Positions 49,305 through 59,317 of a stretch of DNA of 64,000 bases are shown here, piece after piece (within the stretch, counting starts at the first letter, position 1; every line of letters starts with the position of its first letter). The notes under the pieces were generated by a model. It saw only the letters and a program-made list of their open reading frames with translations. It was not told where the DNA came from and made no database searches. This DNA is from Chloroflexota bacterium. Its GTDB lineage: Bacteria > Chloroflexota > Limnocylindria > P2-11E > CF-107. The position numbers and the translations under genes are program-made. Location: NCBI GenBank assembly GCA_005881435.1, contig VBHP01000033.1, positions 54,215 to 118,214 of the forward strand. Direction: 5' to 3'.

Positions 49305-49916
49305 TCAACGGCGCTCGATCGCGAGTCGCAGGCCGAGCGCGACGAGCACGATGCCGGTCAGGCGCTGCAGCGCCACACGGATCCGCACGCCGACGCGAGT
49401 TCGGCCCGCGCGCGCGACCACGACGCCATAGAGATCGAGCCACAGCACCAGCAGCGCTTCGTACACGGCGAGCATCAGCGCGAAGCGCACCGGCTCGTCG
49501 CCGGCGACGACGAATTGAGGCAGGACCGTGACGAAGAAGACCGCAGCCTTTGGATTCAGCAGGTTGCTCAGCAGTCCCTGGGTGAACGGGCCGCCACCTC
49601 GGAGGCGCGCCGTCTGGGGTGTCGTGGTCGCAGCGCGGAAGCTCCGAAGCCCGATATAGACAAGGTATGCGGCCCCGGCCAGCTTCAACGCGGTGAAGGC
49701 GACAAGCGAGGCCTCCAGCACGATCGCCACGCCGGCCACAGAGGCAATGGCCCATGCCGCGCTCCCGAGCGCGATGCCGAGCGTGGAGCGCGCCGCGCCC
49801 CGCGCGCCATAGATCAGGGCGTTGCGGATCGTCAGCGCCGTGTCGGGTCCCGGCGTGACGATGAACAGCGCGCCGATCGCCGCGAACGCGATGAAGCGCG
49901 CGTCGACGAGATCCAC
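49305..49916 (-). CDS. LysE/RhtB-family amino-acid exporter
   Basis: LysE signatures FIVTPGPD and NLLNPKAAVFFVTVLPQF. GTG start at 49916 inferred; the first about 47 aa of the track ORF are non-coding. Confidence 0.65.
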   Translation of the reverse strand: MDLVDARFIAFAAIGALFIVTPGPDTALTIRNALIYGARGAARSTLGIALGSAAWAIASVAGVAIVLEASLVAFTALKLAGAAYLVYIGLRSFRAATTTPQTARLRGGGPFTQGLLSNLLNPKAAVFFVTVLPQFVVAGDEPVRFALMLAVYEALLVLWLDLYGVVVARAGRTRVGVRIRVALQRLTGIVLVALGLRLAIERR

Positions 49917-49950
49917 AGCGCGAAGACGATAAGCGCCGTACCGTCGTCGC

Positions 49951-50874
49951 GTGCGTGCGCTGCGATTCGCCACCCAGGTCGGCGGCGCCGAGTCCGGCGA
50001 TGCCTGGATCGCGCGGGCACGACAACTCGAGACCGCGGGGTACGGGACGCTGTCCATGCCCGATCACGTCGTCGGCCGCTCCTTCGCACCGCTTGTCGCA
50101 CTGGGTGCCGCCGCCGCGGCGACGACGCGAATCCGACTCGGCACGCTGGTGCTGGACAACGACTTTCGCAACCCGCTGCTGGTGGCGCGCGAGGCCGCGA
50201 CGCTCGACGTCATCTCCAACGGACGGTTCGAGCTCGGCATCGGTGCGGGTTGGCTCGACCGCGACTACGCCAGCCTGGGGATCCCCTTCGACCGCGGGCG
50301 CGTGCGCGTGCGGCGCCTGGACGAAGCGCTCACCGTCATCCGTCGGCTGTTCACCGAAGCCGAAGTCACGCACGCCGGCGAGTTCTATCGGCTGGAGCGG
50401 GCGGTGTGCGGTCCCAAGCCGGTGCAGCGCCCGCATCCACCGCTCCTGGTCGCGGGAGGCGGCGATGAGATCCTTCGCGTCGCCGCTCGACACGCGCAGA
50501 TCGTCGCGATCGTCGCGTATCTCACCGGTCAGCGGCGAATGACGCCCGACGGCGTCTCGCTCGCGACGATGCGACGGCAGATCGCGCTCTTACGGGAGGC
50601 CGCGGGCGCACGATTCGATGAGATCGAGCTCTCGATGTTCCTCGACATCGACCTGACCACCGACCGCGACGCCAAGATCCGCGAGCTCGCCGAACGTGGC
50701 AACGCCGACCCGGCCGTCCTCAGTGCGTCGATGTACCGCGTCATCGGCACGCTCGAAGACGTTCGCGCCCACGTGCTGCGGCTGCGTGACGAGGTCGGGA
50801 TCACGTACTTCTGCCTCCGCGGTCCGGACGTCGATGCGCTGGCGCCGCTGGCGCAGGAGCTCGCCGGGCGGTAA
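49951..50874 (+). CDS. LLM-class (luciferase-like) F420-dependent oxidoreductase
   Basis: 307 aa. TIM-barrel LLM motifs (RFELGIGAGW, RLDEALTVIRRLF, QRPHPPLLVAGGGDEIL). GTG start. Confidence 0.8.
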   Translation: MRALRFATQVGGAESGDAWIARARQLETAGYGTLSMPDHVVGRSFAPLVALGAAAAATTRIRLGTLVLDNDFRNPLLVAREAATLDVISNGRFELGIGAGWLDRDYASLGIPFDRGRVRVRRLDEALTVIRRLFTEAEVTHAGEFYRLERAVCGPKPVQRPHPPLLVAGGGDEILRVAARHAQIVAIVAYLTGQRRMTPDGVSLATMRRQIALLREAAGARFDEIELSMFLDIDLTTDRDAKIRELAERGNADPAVLSASMYRVIGTLEDVRAHVLRLRDEVGITYFCLRGPDVDALAPLAQELAGR

Positions 50875-50878
50875 GTGC

Positions 50879-51256
50879 TCAGCGCCGGTAACAGATGAAC
50901 TCGAGCAGGCTGCCGTCCGGATCGCGGAAATACACGCTCGTGCCCTGACCCCGCGCGCCGCCGCGGGTCATCGGCCCGGCTTCGACAGCAACGCCGTGGC
51001 GCGTGAGATGCGTCACGGCGTCGTCGACCCGGCCCGGCCACTCGAAGCACAGGTCGCTGTTCCCGGGCGCCACGGGCACGCGCGCGACGAGTGCCGGCCG
51101 AACCCCAGGGCCGTGGACGTTGAGCTGCTGGTCGCCGATGCGGTACGCCGTCCGCCCGGCGTCTTCGACGACCTCGGCACCGACGACATCGCGATAGAAG
51201 GCGTTCGATCGTTCCCAGTCGGTGATGTGGATGACGACGTGGTCGAGACGCGGCAC
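50879..51256 (-). CDS. VOC-family (glyoxalase/bleomycin-resistance fold) protein
   Basis: About 126 aa. LDHVVIHITDWERSNAFYRDVVGAEVV ... VYFRDPDGSLLEF. Start placed at internal GTG. Confidence 0.6.
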   Translation of the reverse strand: MPRLDHVVIHITDWERSNAFYRDVVGAEVVEDAGRTAYRIGDQQLNVHGPGVRPALVARVPVAPGNSDLCFEWPGRVDDAVTHLTRHGVAVEAGPMTRGGARGQGTSVYFRDPDGSLLEFICYRR

Positions 51257-51258
51257 GA

Positions 51259-51822
51259 TCAGGCCTTCGGCTGCGAGCCGTCGTGCTGCCGCGCTTCCCA
51301 GTCCTCGCGCAGGATCTCGGAGAGGGCGGCGTCGTGCCACTGGCCGCCGGCAAAAATCTCGCGGCGCTGGATGCCGACCTCGCGATAGCCCACGTGCCGC
51401 TGCATGCGCACGCTGGCGATGTTGTCGGCGAACGCCGCGGACTTCAGCTTCTGCAGATTCAGCTCACGGAACGCATACGCGGTACGGAGCTCGGCCTGTT
51501 CGATCCCGATGCCCTTGCCCCAGTAGTCGCGCTCGCCGATGAGCGTTCCGCTCTCGCCGTGCTGATTCTTCCAATCGATGCTGCGAATGACGCTCGTGCC
51601 GATCGGCTTCCCGTCGATCTCGATCATCCAGAAGACGCTGCGTTCGTCGGCCGCGACCTTCTTCAGCCAGTCCTCTTCCTGCGGCTCGGAGCTGGCCTGC
51701 TGCAGGTACCCGAGCATGCGCGTCGTCTCGAAGTCCGCGAGCCAGCGAACGAGATGCGGGACGTCGTCGGGCACGGGCGGCCGAAGCACCACGCGGGCGC
51801 CGCGAAGGACAGGACCGTACAC
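51259..51822 (-). CDS. GNAT family N-acetyltransferase
   Basis: 187 aa. Acetyltransf_3-like segments (LRPPVPDDV, IGTSVI, YWGKGIGIEQAELRTAYAF). GTG start. Confidence 0.7.
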   Translation of the reverse strand: MYGPVLRGARVVLRPPVPDDVPHLVRWLADFETTRMLGYLQQASSEPQEEDWLKKVAADERSVFWMIEIDGKPIGTSVIRSIDWKNQHGESGTLIGERDYWGKGIGIEQAELRTAYAFRELNLQKLKSAAFADNIASVRMQRHVGYREVGIQRREIFAGGQWHDAALSEILREDWEARQHDGSQPKA

Positions 51823-51861
51823 CGGCGCACTGTACCGATCGGACCCTCTCGCCGTGAGGGC

Positions 51862-52500
51862 TCAGCTGCGCTTCGGACCGCTCGATGCCGAGGCCATGGC
51901 CTCGAAGCGCGACGAGATATTCAGCTTGGAATAGATCGAGTTGATGTGGTTCTTGACCGTCTTCTCCTCGATGCCGAGCTCCGCGCCGATCTCGCGATTC
52001 GTGCGCCCGCGCTGCACCAGCGTGAGGATCTCCAGCTCGCGTGGCGTGAGGCGGCTGGGATCGCTCGCCGCGCGCTTGGCCTCGGCGATGATCTCGGTCG
52101 CGAGCGACGGCGCGATGATCGCGCCGCCATCCGCCACCGTGCGCAGCGCTTGCGCCAGCTGATCCGCGCCGAACCGGCCGTGCACGAGGTAACCCTTCGC
52201 CCCCGCGGCGACGGCCTCGCGCACGTGTTCGGGCTCGTCGGACCAGGTCACGACGACTGTCCTCGCCTCCGGCACGCTCCGCGCGATCTCGCGCGTGGCC
52301 ATGATCCCGTCGCCATCGCGCATGCGGAGGTCCATCAGCACCACGTCCGGCCGGCGCTCCTGCGTCAGGGTCACGGCTTCCTTTCCGCTGGCCGCCTCGC
52401 CGACGACCTCGAAGCCGTCGAGCGCTTGCACGAAATTGCGCAGCCCGCCTCGCACGACGAACGAATCGTCGGCGATGAGAACGCGAAGGGGCTTTTCCAC
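51862..52500 (-). CDS. NarL/FixJ-family response regulator (REC plus LuxR HTH)
   Basis: 212 aa. Receiver domain (VLIADDSFVVRGGL...DVVLMDLRMRDGDG) and LuxR HTH (LTPRELEILTLVQRGRTNREIGAELGIEEKTVKNHI). Confidence 0.85.
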   Translation of the reverse strand: MEKPLRVLIADDSFVVRGGLRNFVQALDGFEVVGEAASGKEAVTLTQERRPDVVLMDLRMRDGDGIMATREIARSVPEARTVVVTWSDEPEHVREAVAAGAKGYLVHGRFGADQLAQALRTVADGGAIIAPSLATEIIAEAKRAASDPSRLTPRELEILTLVQRGRTNREIGAELGIEEKTVKNHINSIYSKLNISSRFEAMASASSGPKRS

Positions 52501-53904
52501 CTAGACCGACTCCTTCTGTAGCGGAACTTCCAGCACCACGCGGGTTCCGCCTTCTTTTCGCTGTTCGAATCGCAGGTCGCCGTCGAGGATCGCCGCGCGC
52601 TCGCGCATGCCGACGACGCCGAAGTGGCCGCGGTCGACGAGCTCGTCGAGCCGCAGCTCCCCGATGCCCCTCCCATCGTCCTCGACCACGAGCTGCATGT
52701 GGCCGTTGTTCACGGCGAGCCGGGCGGTGACGCGGTCCGCGTCGGCGTGGCGCTCGGCATTCGACAGCGCCTCGTCGAGGATGCGCAGGGTCTCGAACCG
52801 TGCGAGCGTATTGACGCGCTCGAGGTCACCGTCGAGCTGTATGCCCGCGGCGGGATGCTGTGAGGCGAGCCGCCGCAGCGACGCCTCGAAGGGCTCTCGC
52901 TCGCCGGCGGCGCGCATGTCACGCACGATCGCGCGCAGCTCTTCCGCCAGCGCGCGTGCCAGACGCTCCAAACGGTCCAGCTTCGCGCGCGTCCCCGGGT
53001 CCGCCTGCGCCGCGAGCGATGCCGCCTCCAGCGCGAGCACGCTCACGGACTTCGCGACGCTGTCATGGAGCTCCCGCGCGACGCGCTCTCGCTCGAGCCG
53101 ACCTGCGGCCTCCGCCTCCTCTCGGCGGATCCGTGCCTCCAGCTCGTTCGTCGCGAGCGCGAGGTCGCCGACCTCGTCCGCCGCGACGACCGGAACGGTC
53201 AGACTGCGATCACTGCCGAGCTCGCGCACGCGCTGCGTGACGACCTCGATCGCGCTCGCGGCATCGTCGCCGACGAGCCATCCGATGAGCGCGGCGAAGG
53301 CGATGAGCGCGATCGCGGTGACCAGGAAAGCCATGAGCAGCTGGTCGGGAGTGGCTTGAAAATCGACGATGAGCGAAAGCAACGTGCCCGCCGTGGCGAA
53401 GGCCGCGCCCGTTGTCGCGACCACAAAGCGCGTGCGCAGCGTGAGGTCGCGCGCGCCGATGGGCGGGCGCGTCCCCATCACGATCGGTCGCAGCAGGGAG
53501 CGCGACACGGCGAACGCGGCCAGGCTGGCCAGCGCGATGAGCGCGAGCTCGTAGAGTGCCGCGTCGAGGGTCAGCGCGAGCACACCGCGATCGACGGAGC
53601 CTCCGGCGAACACCTGCTGCAGAGCCGAGAGATGCGCGATGGTCACGATCGCGGCGCCGATCACCAGGCTGTAGCGGAACAGCGCCGACGGCAACACCCA
53701 CAGCGCCTCGATCGAACGACCCTTGCGGAACAGCAGCCACAGCCATGCCGCGGCGATGGGGACCCACACCGCGACTGGGGCCGGCGCGAACCGCGCAGCA
53801 CGCGGATCGGCTCCCAGCGCGGAGATCATGCCCGCGATGACGGCCAGCGCGACGAGCACCACCCCGAGCCGACGCGCTGCAGCCGCACGGGCGCTCTCCC
53901 TCAC
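52501..53904 (-). CDS. Sensor histidine kinase (HisKA_3/NarX-DesK type)
   Basis: 467 aa. N-terminal TM region, HAMP-like segment, H-box RELHDSVAKS (HisKA_3) and HATPase_c (DDGRGI...GMRERA). Adjacent to the NarL-type response regulator. Confidence 0.8.
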   Translation of the reverse strand: MRESARAAAARRLGVVLVALAVIAGMISALGADPRAARFAPAPVAVWVPIAAAWLWLLFRKGRSIEALWVLPSALFRYSLVIGAAIVTIAHLSALQQVFAGGSVDRGVLALTLDAALYELALIALASLAAFAVSRSLLRPIVMGTRPPIGARDLTLRTRFVVATTGAAFATAGTLLSLIVDFQATPDQLLMAFLVTAIALIAFAALIGWLVGDDAASAIEVVTQRVRELGSDRSLTVPVVAADEVGDLALATNELEARIRREEAEAAGRLERERVARELHDSVAKSVSVLALEAASLAAQADPGTRAKLDRLERLARALAEELRAIVRDMRAAGEREPFEASLRRLASQHPAAGIQLDGDLERVNTLARFETLRILDEALSNAERHADADRVTARLAVNNGHMQLVVEDDGRGIGELRLDELVDRGHFGVVGMRERAAILDGDLRFEQRKEGGTRVVLEVPLQKESV

Positions 53905-53996
53905 GCTTGGACGATACCCGCCGGACCGTAGGTCGCCGGTCCCAATCGCATTGCCGCTACCGCTGCGCGCGGCGTAACCTTCGTGGCGTTCAGTCG

Positions 53997-54008
53997 CGGA
54001 GGGAGAGG
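53997..54008 (+). promoter_or_regulatory. Shine-Dalgarno (GGAGGGAGAGG) for membrane protein at 54018
   Basis: Strong purine-rich motif about 8 nt upstream of ATG 54018. Confidence 0.5.
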
Positions 54009-54017
54009 AAATTGGGT

Positions 54018-55226
54018 ATGCAACCGGTCCTCGCGCGTGGTTTTCAGTACGGGCTTGGGATCTTCACACTGACCGCCTTGATCGGGCTGGCCAACGCGAC
54101 GAAGCTCTTCGGCCAGCTCGATCAGAACACGCTGCTCACGCACCTGCACTCCGGCACGCTGGGCTGGATCACGATGGGCGTGGTCACCGTCGCGGCGTGG
54201 CTCTTTGGCACGACCAGCCCGCGGCTGGCGGCGAGCCTGGGACTGACCGCTCTTGCCACCGCCGCCTACGTTCTGGCCTTCTGGTCGGGATACTTCCCGG
54301 CCCGCGCGGCCTTTGGAGCGATCGAGCTCGTCGTCATCGTCGCCTGGTGGTGGTGGGTCGCCTCACGGTCGCTGTCGGAGGGACTGGGAAAGATAAGCAA
54401 CCCGAAAGTGGCGATCCTTCTCGGCCTGACGACGCTGGTCATCGGATCGACGATCGGCGTCATCATCCAGATCCAGTTTGCGACCAACACGGTCACGCAG
54501 CAGACCGGCGACCTCATCGGCACGCACGCGTCGGCGCAGATCGGCGGCTATTTGATCCTCGTGGCGACGGGCATCGTGGAGTGGCTCTTGATCGGTGAGC
54601 GCCGGACCACGGGTGGCGTGGTGCAGTCCTCGCTGCTCTTCGTCGCCGGGCTCGCCCTCGCGGGCGGTTTCCTCGCCGGGATCCAACCACTCCTTCTCGT
54701 CGCGAACGTGGTGCAGATCGTCGCGACGATCGTGGTCGTGGTGCGCCTGGGCTCAGCGATGATGGCCACGAAGTGGGTCGCAGCGGGTGCGCGGCGTTTC
54801 GCGGCGATCGTTCCGCTCTACCTGGTCATCGGCGTCGCATTGGTCGTCGCGCTGGTGCAGCAGCTGGTGGCCTCCGGCGGCGACCAGAGCAAGATCAGCC
54901 AGGGGCTCCTGCATTCGGTGGATCACACGTTCTTCATCGGCGTGATGACCAACACGCTCTTTGCGGCGATCCTCCTGGCGACGAAGGACCGGCCGCAGGT
55001 GTGGCCGTGGGCCGACCACGTGGTGTTCTGGGGGCTCAACCTCGGCGTGCTCTCGTTCACCGCGGTCCTGGTGTTCGTCGGAACGAGCTCGGGCGCGTCG
55101 GCCTTCTCACACCCGGTGTCGTTCACCGCACCGATCATGGGACTCTCGGTCCTGCTCGGGATCGCGACGTTCCTCCAGCGGCTGCAGCCCCAGCGGCAAA
55201 CGATGCGCGCGGCGGCGCCGGCGTAA
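54018..55226 (+). CDS. Polytopic integral membrane protein of unknown function
   Basis: 402 aa from ATG 54018 (MQPVLARGFQYGLGIFTLTALIGL...), about 10-12 TM. Track start 53907 rejected in favour of the RBS-supported ATG. Confidence 0.55.
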   Translation: MQPVLARGFQYGLGIFTLTALIGLANATKLFGQLDQNTLLTHLHSGTLGWITMGVVTVAAWLFGTTSPRLAASLGLTALATAAYVLAFWSGYFPARAAFGAIELVVIVAWWWWVASRSLSEGLGKISNPKVAILLGLTTLVIGSTIGVIIQIQFATNTVTQQTGDLIGTHASAQIGGYLILVATGIVEWLLIGERRTTGGVVQSSLLFVAGLALAGGFLAGIQPLLLVANVVQIVATIVVVVRLGSAMMATKWVAAGARRFAAIVPLYLVIGVALVVALVQQLVASGGDQSKISQGLLHSVDHTFFIGVMTNTLFAAILLATKDRPQVWPWADHVVFWGLNLGVLSFTAVLVFVGTSSGASAFSHPVSFTAPIMGLSVLLGIATFLQRLQPQRQTMRAAAPA

Positions 55227-55302
55227 CGGCAACGGCGATCGGATCGCGCGGTTCCTCATTGGAACGCCGCGCGATCCGCGACCGCGGTGTTAGCCTCCGA
55301 CC

Positions 55303-55914
55303 GTGAAGGGACGCCTCGAGGCGTTCGCTGACGGCGTGTTCGCGATCGCGATCACATTGCTGGTGTTCGAGATCAAGATCCCACCGTCGGACGGCGCGCT
55401 GCTGCCGGGCCTGGCAGGGCAGTGGGCGTTCTTCGCCGCCTATGTCGCGAGCTTCTTCCAGATCGGTGTGTACTGGATGAGCCATCACATCACCTCCACG
55501 TACCTGCGGCGTGTCGACGGCAGGCTTCTGTTTGTCAACCTGCTGTTCCTCTTGACCATCGCCTTCATCCCCTTTCCCACCGAGCTCCTCGCCGATCGGC
55601 TCAGCAGCGGCGTCGAAGTGAACCTGGCGATGGCGCTGTACGGGTTGTGGATGCTGTTGACCGCCGTGACGGCCGCGGTGGTGCTCGTCGTGATCCTGCG
55701 TGACGACCTCATGGACAAGACCGCGTACCTGCGCGAGGCGCCGGCCGCGCTGACGCGGCGGTACTGGCTCGGTGGGGTCGTCTACGCGGTGGCGGTGATC
55801 GTCGCGTTGGTGGCGCCGCTCGTGGCGTTGCTCTTCTACGTCGTCGGACCGATCTACTACGGCATCGAGGCCGCGCGATGGCAGCCCACATCCCGTCGCG
55901 CCGAGGCTACTTGA
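55303..55914 (+). CDS. DUF1211 (TMEM175-like) membrane protein
   Basis: 203 aa. N-terminal RLEAFADGVFAIAITLLVFEI, the hallmark DUF1211/TMEM175 helix-1 motif. GTG start. Confidence 0.7.
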   Translation: MKGRLEAFADGVFAIAITLLVFEIKIPPSDGALLPGLAGQWAFFAAYVASFFQIGVYWMSHHITSTYLRRVDGRLLFVNLLFLLTIAFIPFPTELLADRLSSGVEVNLAMALYGLWMLLTAVTAAVVLVVILRDDLMDKTAYLREAPAALTRRYWLGGVVYAVAVIVALVAPLVALLFYVVGPIYYGIEAARWQPTSRRAEAT

Positions 55915-56851
55915 TCGAACCGGCGAGGAGGCCCTGCACGAAGTAGCGCTGCAGGCTGAAGAAGACGATCACCGGGACGACCATCACCAGGAACGCTCCG
56001 GCGGCCAACAGATGCCATTCGGTGCCGTACTGACTGAGCAGGTTCAGGACTGCGCGCGTCATCGGGTACTTGCTCGAGTCCTGCACGAAAACAAGGGCCA
56101 TGAGCAGATCGTTCCAGACCCACAGGAACTGGAAGATGCCATACGCGGCGATCGCCGGCACCGTGACCGGCAGGATCACGCTGCGGAAGATCTGGACGTC
56201 GGAAGCGCCATCGATGCGGGAGGCCTCGATCATCTCGCCGGGCAGGGTGATGAAGAAGTTGCGCAGCAGGAAGATCCCGAACGGCAGCGCGAACGCCGTG
56301 TGGGCCAGCCAGATCGCGACATAGCCGCGCGTCAGCTCCAGCTGCGGTACGAGCTCACGGAACAACGTCAGTACCGGGATGAACGCGACCTGCACCGGGA
56401 CCATGAGCAGGCCCACGATGATCAGAAAGATCGTGTCGCGGAACGGGAAGTTCATCCACGAAAAGGCGTAGGCGGCGAGGGAGCAGATCGCCAGCGGCAG
56501 CAGGGTCGAGGGGACCGCAATGAAGACGGTGTTCAGGAACGCCTCGAACATTCCCTGCGCCTGCAGTACCTGCTGGTAGTTCTCGGACGTCAGATGCAGT
56601 TGCGCGATGTCCCACCAACCGGTGGCCTGGATGTCGGAACGGGGGCGGAATGACGTGATCAGCAGGCCGACCGTCGGCACGAGCCAGATCAGCGCTACCA
56701 GCGCCAGTACGAAGTGGATCGCGGAGCGGTCAATGACCGAGACGATCCGGTTCGCGATGGTCGGCTCGCGCCGCACGGCGCGACGGACGACCACGCCGGT
56801 CGCACCCGGCCGCGCCACGGCAGGCGTGTTAGCGCGACGGTCTCGGCTCAC
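55907..56851 (-). CDS. Carbohydrate ABC transporter permease (MalG/UgpE-like)
   Basis: 314 aa. EAA loop region IEASRIDGASDVQIFRSVILP. GTGA overlap with upstream permease. Confidence 0.8.
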   Translation of the reverse strand: MSRDRRANTPAVARPGATGVVVRRAVRREPTIANRIVSVIDRSAIHFVLALVALIWLVPTVGLLITSFRPRSDIQATGWWDIAQLHLTSENYQQVLQAQGMFEAFLNTVFIAVPSTLLPLAICSLAAYAFSWMNFPFRDTIFLIIVGLLMVPVQVAFIPVLTLFRELVPQLELTRGYVAIWLAHTAFALPFGIFLLRNFFITLPGEMIEASRIDGASDVQIFRSVILPVTVPAIAAYGIFQFLWVWNDLLMALVFVQDSSKYPMTRAVLNLLSQYGTEWHLLAAGAFLVMVVPVIVFFSLQRYFVQGLLAGSIK

Positions 56852-57744
56852 CTGACCGCCTGGGTGCGGAAGCGCCGGACGTTGAAGATCATGATCGGGA
56901 GCAGCAGTACCAGCATCACCACCGCCACAGCCGACCCAAAACCGTACTGACCCGCCGAGAACGCCTGCTGGTACATGGTGAACGCGATAACCCGGCTTGA
57001 AGTGCCCGGGCCGCCTCCAGTCATCACGTAGATCAGATCAAAGAGCTTGATGACGTTGACGATGAGCGTCACCGCCAGGACCGACATCGGCAGGCTGACC
57101 ATCGGGATGGTGATGCGGAAGAAGACCTGCAGCTCGTTCGCGCCTTCGACCCGCGCGGCTTCGGTGATCTCCGCCGGGATGCTCTTCAGCGCCGCAGAGA
57201 GGATGACGGTGGCGAAGCCGACCGAGGCCCAGATCCCGACAGCGATGAGTGCGAAGTTGACGATGCCCTGATCGCCCAGCCACGAGATGGGTGACACGCC
57301 GAAGTTGGCCAGGATGGCGTTGAGTAGACCGATGTTCGCGTCGGGCGCGTAGACAAACTTCCAGATCACGGCGAGAGCGGTCGCGGAGATCGCCATCGGG
57401 AGGAAGACGACGGCCTTGATGACCGACTCATACCGCACGCGCGAGGCGATGACCGCGATGATGAGCCCGAGGAAGATGACGAAGCTCGTGTAGAAGATGA
57501 TCCAGACGACGTTGTTCCAGAGGGCGCCGGAAGGCGGGAACGTGGACAGGTTGATGAAGTCCTGGTCCGAGAACACGCGCACGTAGTTGTCCAGGCCGAC
57601 GAACTCTCCGAGCACGCCGTTGCGGCCGCGGTCGAAGCTGAGAAGGACCGTGTAGAGCGCCGGATAGACCAGAAAGAAGAGCAGCAGCAGGATCGCGGGC
57701 AGGAGGAACAGGAGCACCGTGCCCCATTTCGTTTTCTCGGCCAT
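56848..57744 (-). CDS. Carbohydrate ABC transporter permease (MalF/UgpA-like)
   Basis: 298 aa. EAA loop EAARVEGANELQVFFRITIP, six TM. Confidence 0.85.
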   Translation of the reverse strand: MAEKTKWGTVLLFLLPAILLLLFFLVYPALYTVLLSFDRGRNGVLGEFVGLDNYVRVFSDQDFINLSTFPPSGALWNNVVWIIFYTSFVIFLGLIIAVIASRVRYESVIKAVVFLPMAISATALAVIWKFVYAPDANIGLLNAILANFGVSPISWLGDQGIVNFALIAVGIWASVGFATVILSAALKSIPAEITEAARVEGANELQVFFRITIPMVSLPMSVLAVTLIVNVIKLFDLIYVMTGGGPGTSSRVIAFTMYQQAFSAGQYGFGSAVAVVMLVLLLPIMIFNVRRFRTQAVR

Positions 57745-57824
57745 CTCTTTCGCGGTCCCCCCTACGCGTTGAGCGGGAGGGCGTGTGGCGCCCTCCCGCT
57801 CTGCTGATCGAAACGGTCGCTAGA

Positions 57825-59138
57825 TCACTCCGCTTTCCACGCGGTTTGCACCGTGGTCTCGAATTTCGCCCAGTCGATCGTCTGGCCCTGGATCGCGTTC
57901 TGGAGCAGCGAGCCCAGGTCGACGCCCGAGGGCAGCAGGTCCGAGCCGTCGAAGCGAACAGCGGTCGCGTTCGCGACCTGGGCCGCCTCGCGCTTGGCGA
58001 GGTCGTTCGGATAGGCGCTCGCGGGAACGGCCTTGATGGGCGAGATGATCGCGCCCGTGGCTGCCCACACGCTGCCGGAGTCCGCCGTGGTCATGTAGTT
58101 GATGAATTCCTTGACCCCGGGCTTGGTGGTGAACGCGGCGATGACGTCGCCGCCGATGGTGACGCTCTTGTTGCCGTTGATGCTTGGGAAGTCGAACCAA
58201 TCGATCGTGTCGCCGACCTTCAGTGCAGTGTTCGTCGAACCCATGGCGAGGCCGCCGACGAACCCGCCTTCGTAGTAGATGACGGCCTGCGGGTTGGTGC
58301 TGAAGACCTGGCCGATGCCGTCGAGGAAGCCGCGGCCCAGGGCCGCCTTGATACCGCCGGCCACGAAGTCCTCTTTGATGGCCTGCTTCATCGTGTCGAC
58401 AGCCGCCTGCACGGAAGCATCCGTCCACGGCAGCTTGCCGCTGAAGAGCTGGTCGTACTTCTCAGGGCCGGCCTGGCGCACATAGATGCTCTCGAACCAA
58501 TCGGTGAGCGTCCACGAATCGCCGCCGGCGCCGCCGGCGCCGAGCCCCAGCGGTGCGGTGCCCTTGGCCTTGATGTCTGCGAGGAGCTTGGTGAAGCTGG
58601 CCCAGTCCGTGGCAGCCGAAACGTTCAGCGTCTTGAACTTGTCCGGTCTGTACCAGATGGTGCTCTTGCTGTTGAACTTCACCATGATCGCGTACTGCGT
58701 CCCGCCGACCTGCCCGATCTCGAGGATGCCGGGGGGATAGTTCGCCTTCAGGGCGTTGGCATCGATGCCCAGATCGGAGATCTTCTTGAGCGATCCCCCT
58801 TTCGCGAACTGACGCAGGAAGCCGATGCCCGGGATGATCGCGACATCCGGCGGGTTGCCGCCGGAAATGCGCGTCTGGAGCGTCGTCGAGTAGTTCGTCC
58901 GGACTGACTCGTATTTAGCGGTGACGCCAGTCTTCGTCTTGAACGCGTCCAGCACCTTTTGGAAGTTGTCCTGCTCGCTGCTGCCCCACAGCGACATGAC
59001 GTTGATCGTGGTGCCAGGCGCCACGGTCGTGCTGGCCCCTGGAGATGTGCTGCCGCCCGGCGCCGCGGTCGGTGAGCACGCAGCCACCAAGAGCGCAGCG
59101 ACAGCGACGAAAGCGAATATCCGCGCGGATCCCCTCAT
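57825..59138 (-). CDS. Carbohydrate ABC transporter substrate-binding lipoprotein (SBP family 1)
   Basis: 438 aa from ATG 59138 (MRGSARIFAFVAVAALLVAAC, lipobox). Family-1 sugar SBP fold. Confidence 0.8.
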   Translation of the reverse strand: MRGSARIFAFVAVAALLVAACSPTAAPGGSTSPGASTTVAPGTTINVMSLWGSSEQDNFQKVLDAFKTKTGVTAKYESVRTNYSTTLQTRISGGNPPDVAIIPGIGFLRQFAKGGSLKKISDLGIDANALKANYPPGILEIGQVGGTQYAIMVKFNSKSTIWYRPDKFKTLNVSAATDWASFTKLLADIKAKGTAPLGLGAGGAGGDSWTLTDWFESIYVRQAGPEKYDQLFSGKLPWTDASVQAAVDTMKQAIKEDFVAGGIKAALGRGFLDGIGQVFSTNPQAVIYYEGGFVGGLAMGSTNTALKVGDTIDWFDFPSINGNKSVTIGGDVIAAFTTKPGVKEFINYMTTADSGSVWAATGAIISPIKAVPASAYPNDLAKREAAQVANATAVRFDGSDLLPSGVDLGSLLQNAIQGQTIDWAKFETTVQTAWKAE

Positions 59139-59317
59139 GCGATACCTCCTCGGCCGGGAGATTAGCCCATACGTCCACCGCTCGCGCGCGAGCGGTGAAG
59201 GGCAAGGCCGTCTCCTGCGACCTCTTCTTGTACTCCATCGGGCGGCCCGTTTGTTCATCGACCCAGGCGCGGGACCCTACCGGCCGCTTCCGGGTCTGCG
59301 GCCCTAAGCTCTACGCG

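Noticed and set aside
57783-58907. 374-aa plus-strand ORF
   Set aside because: Antisense to the sugar SBP lipoprotein gene.
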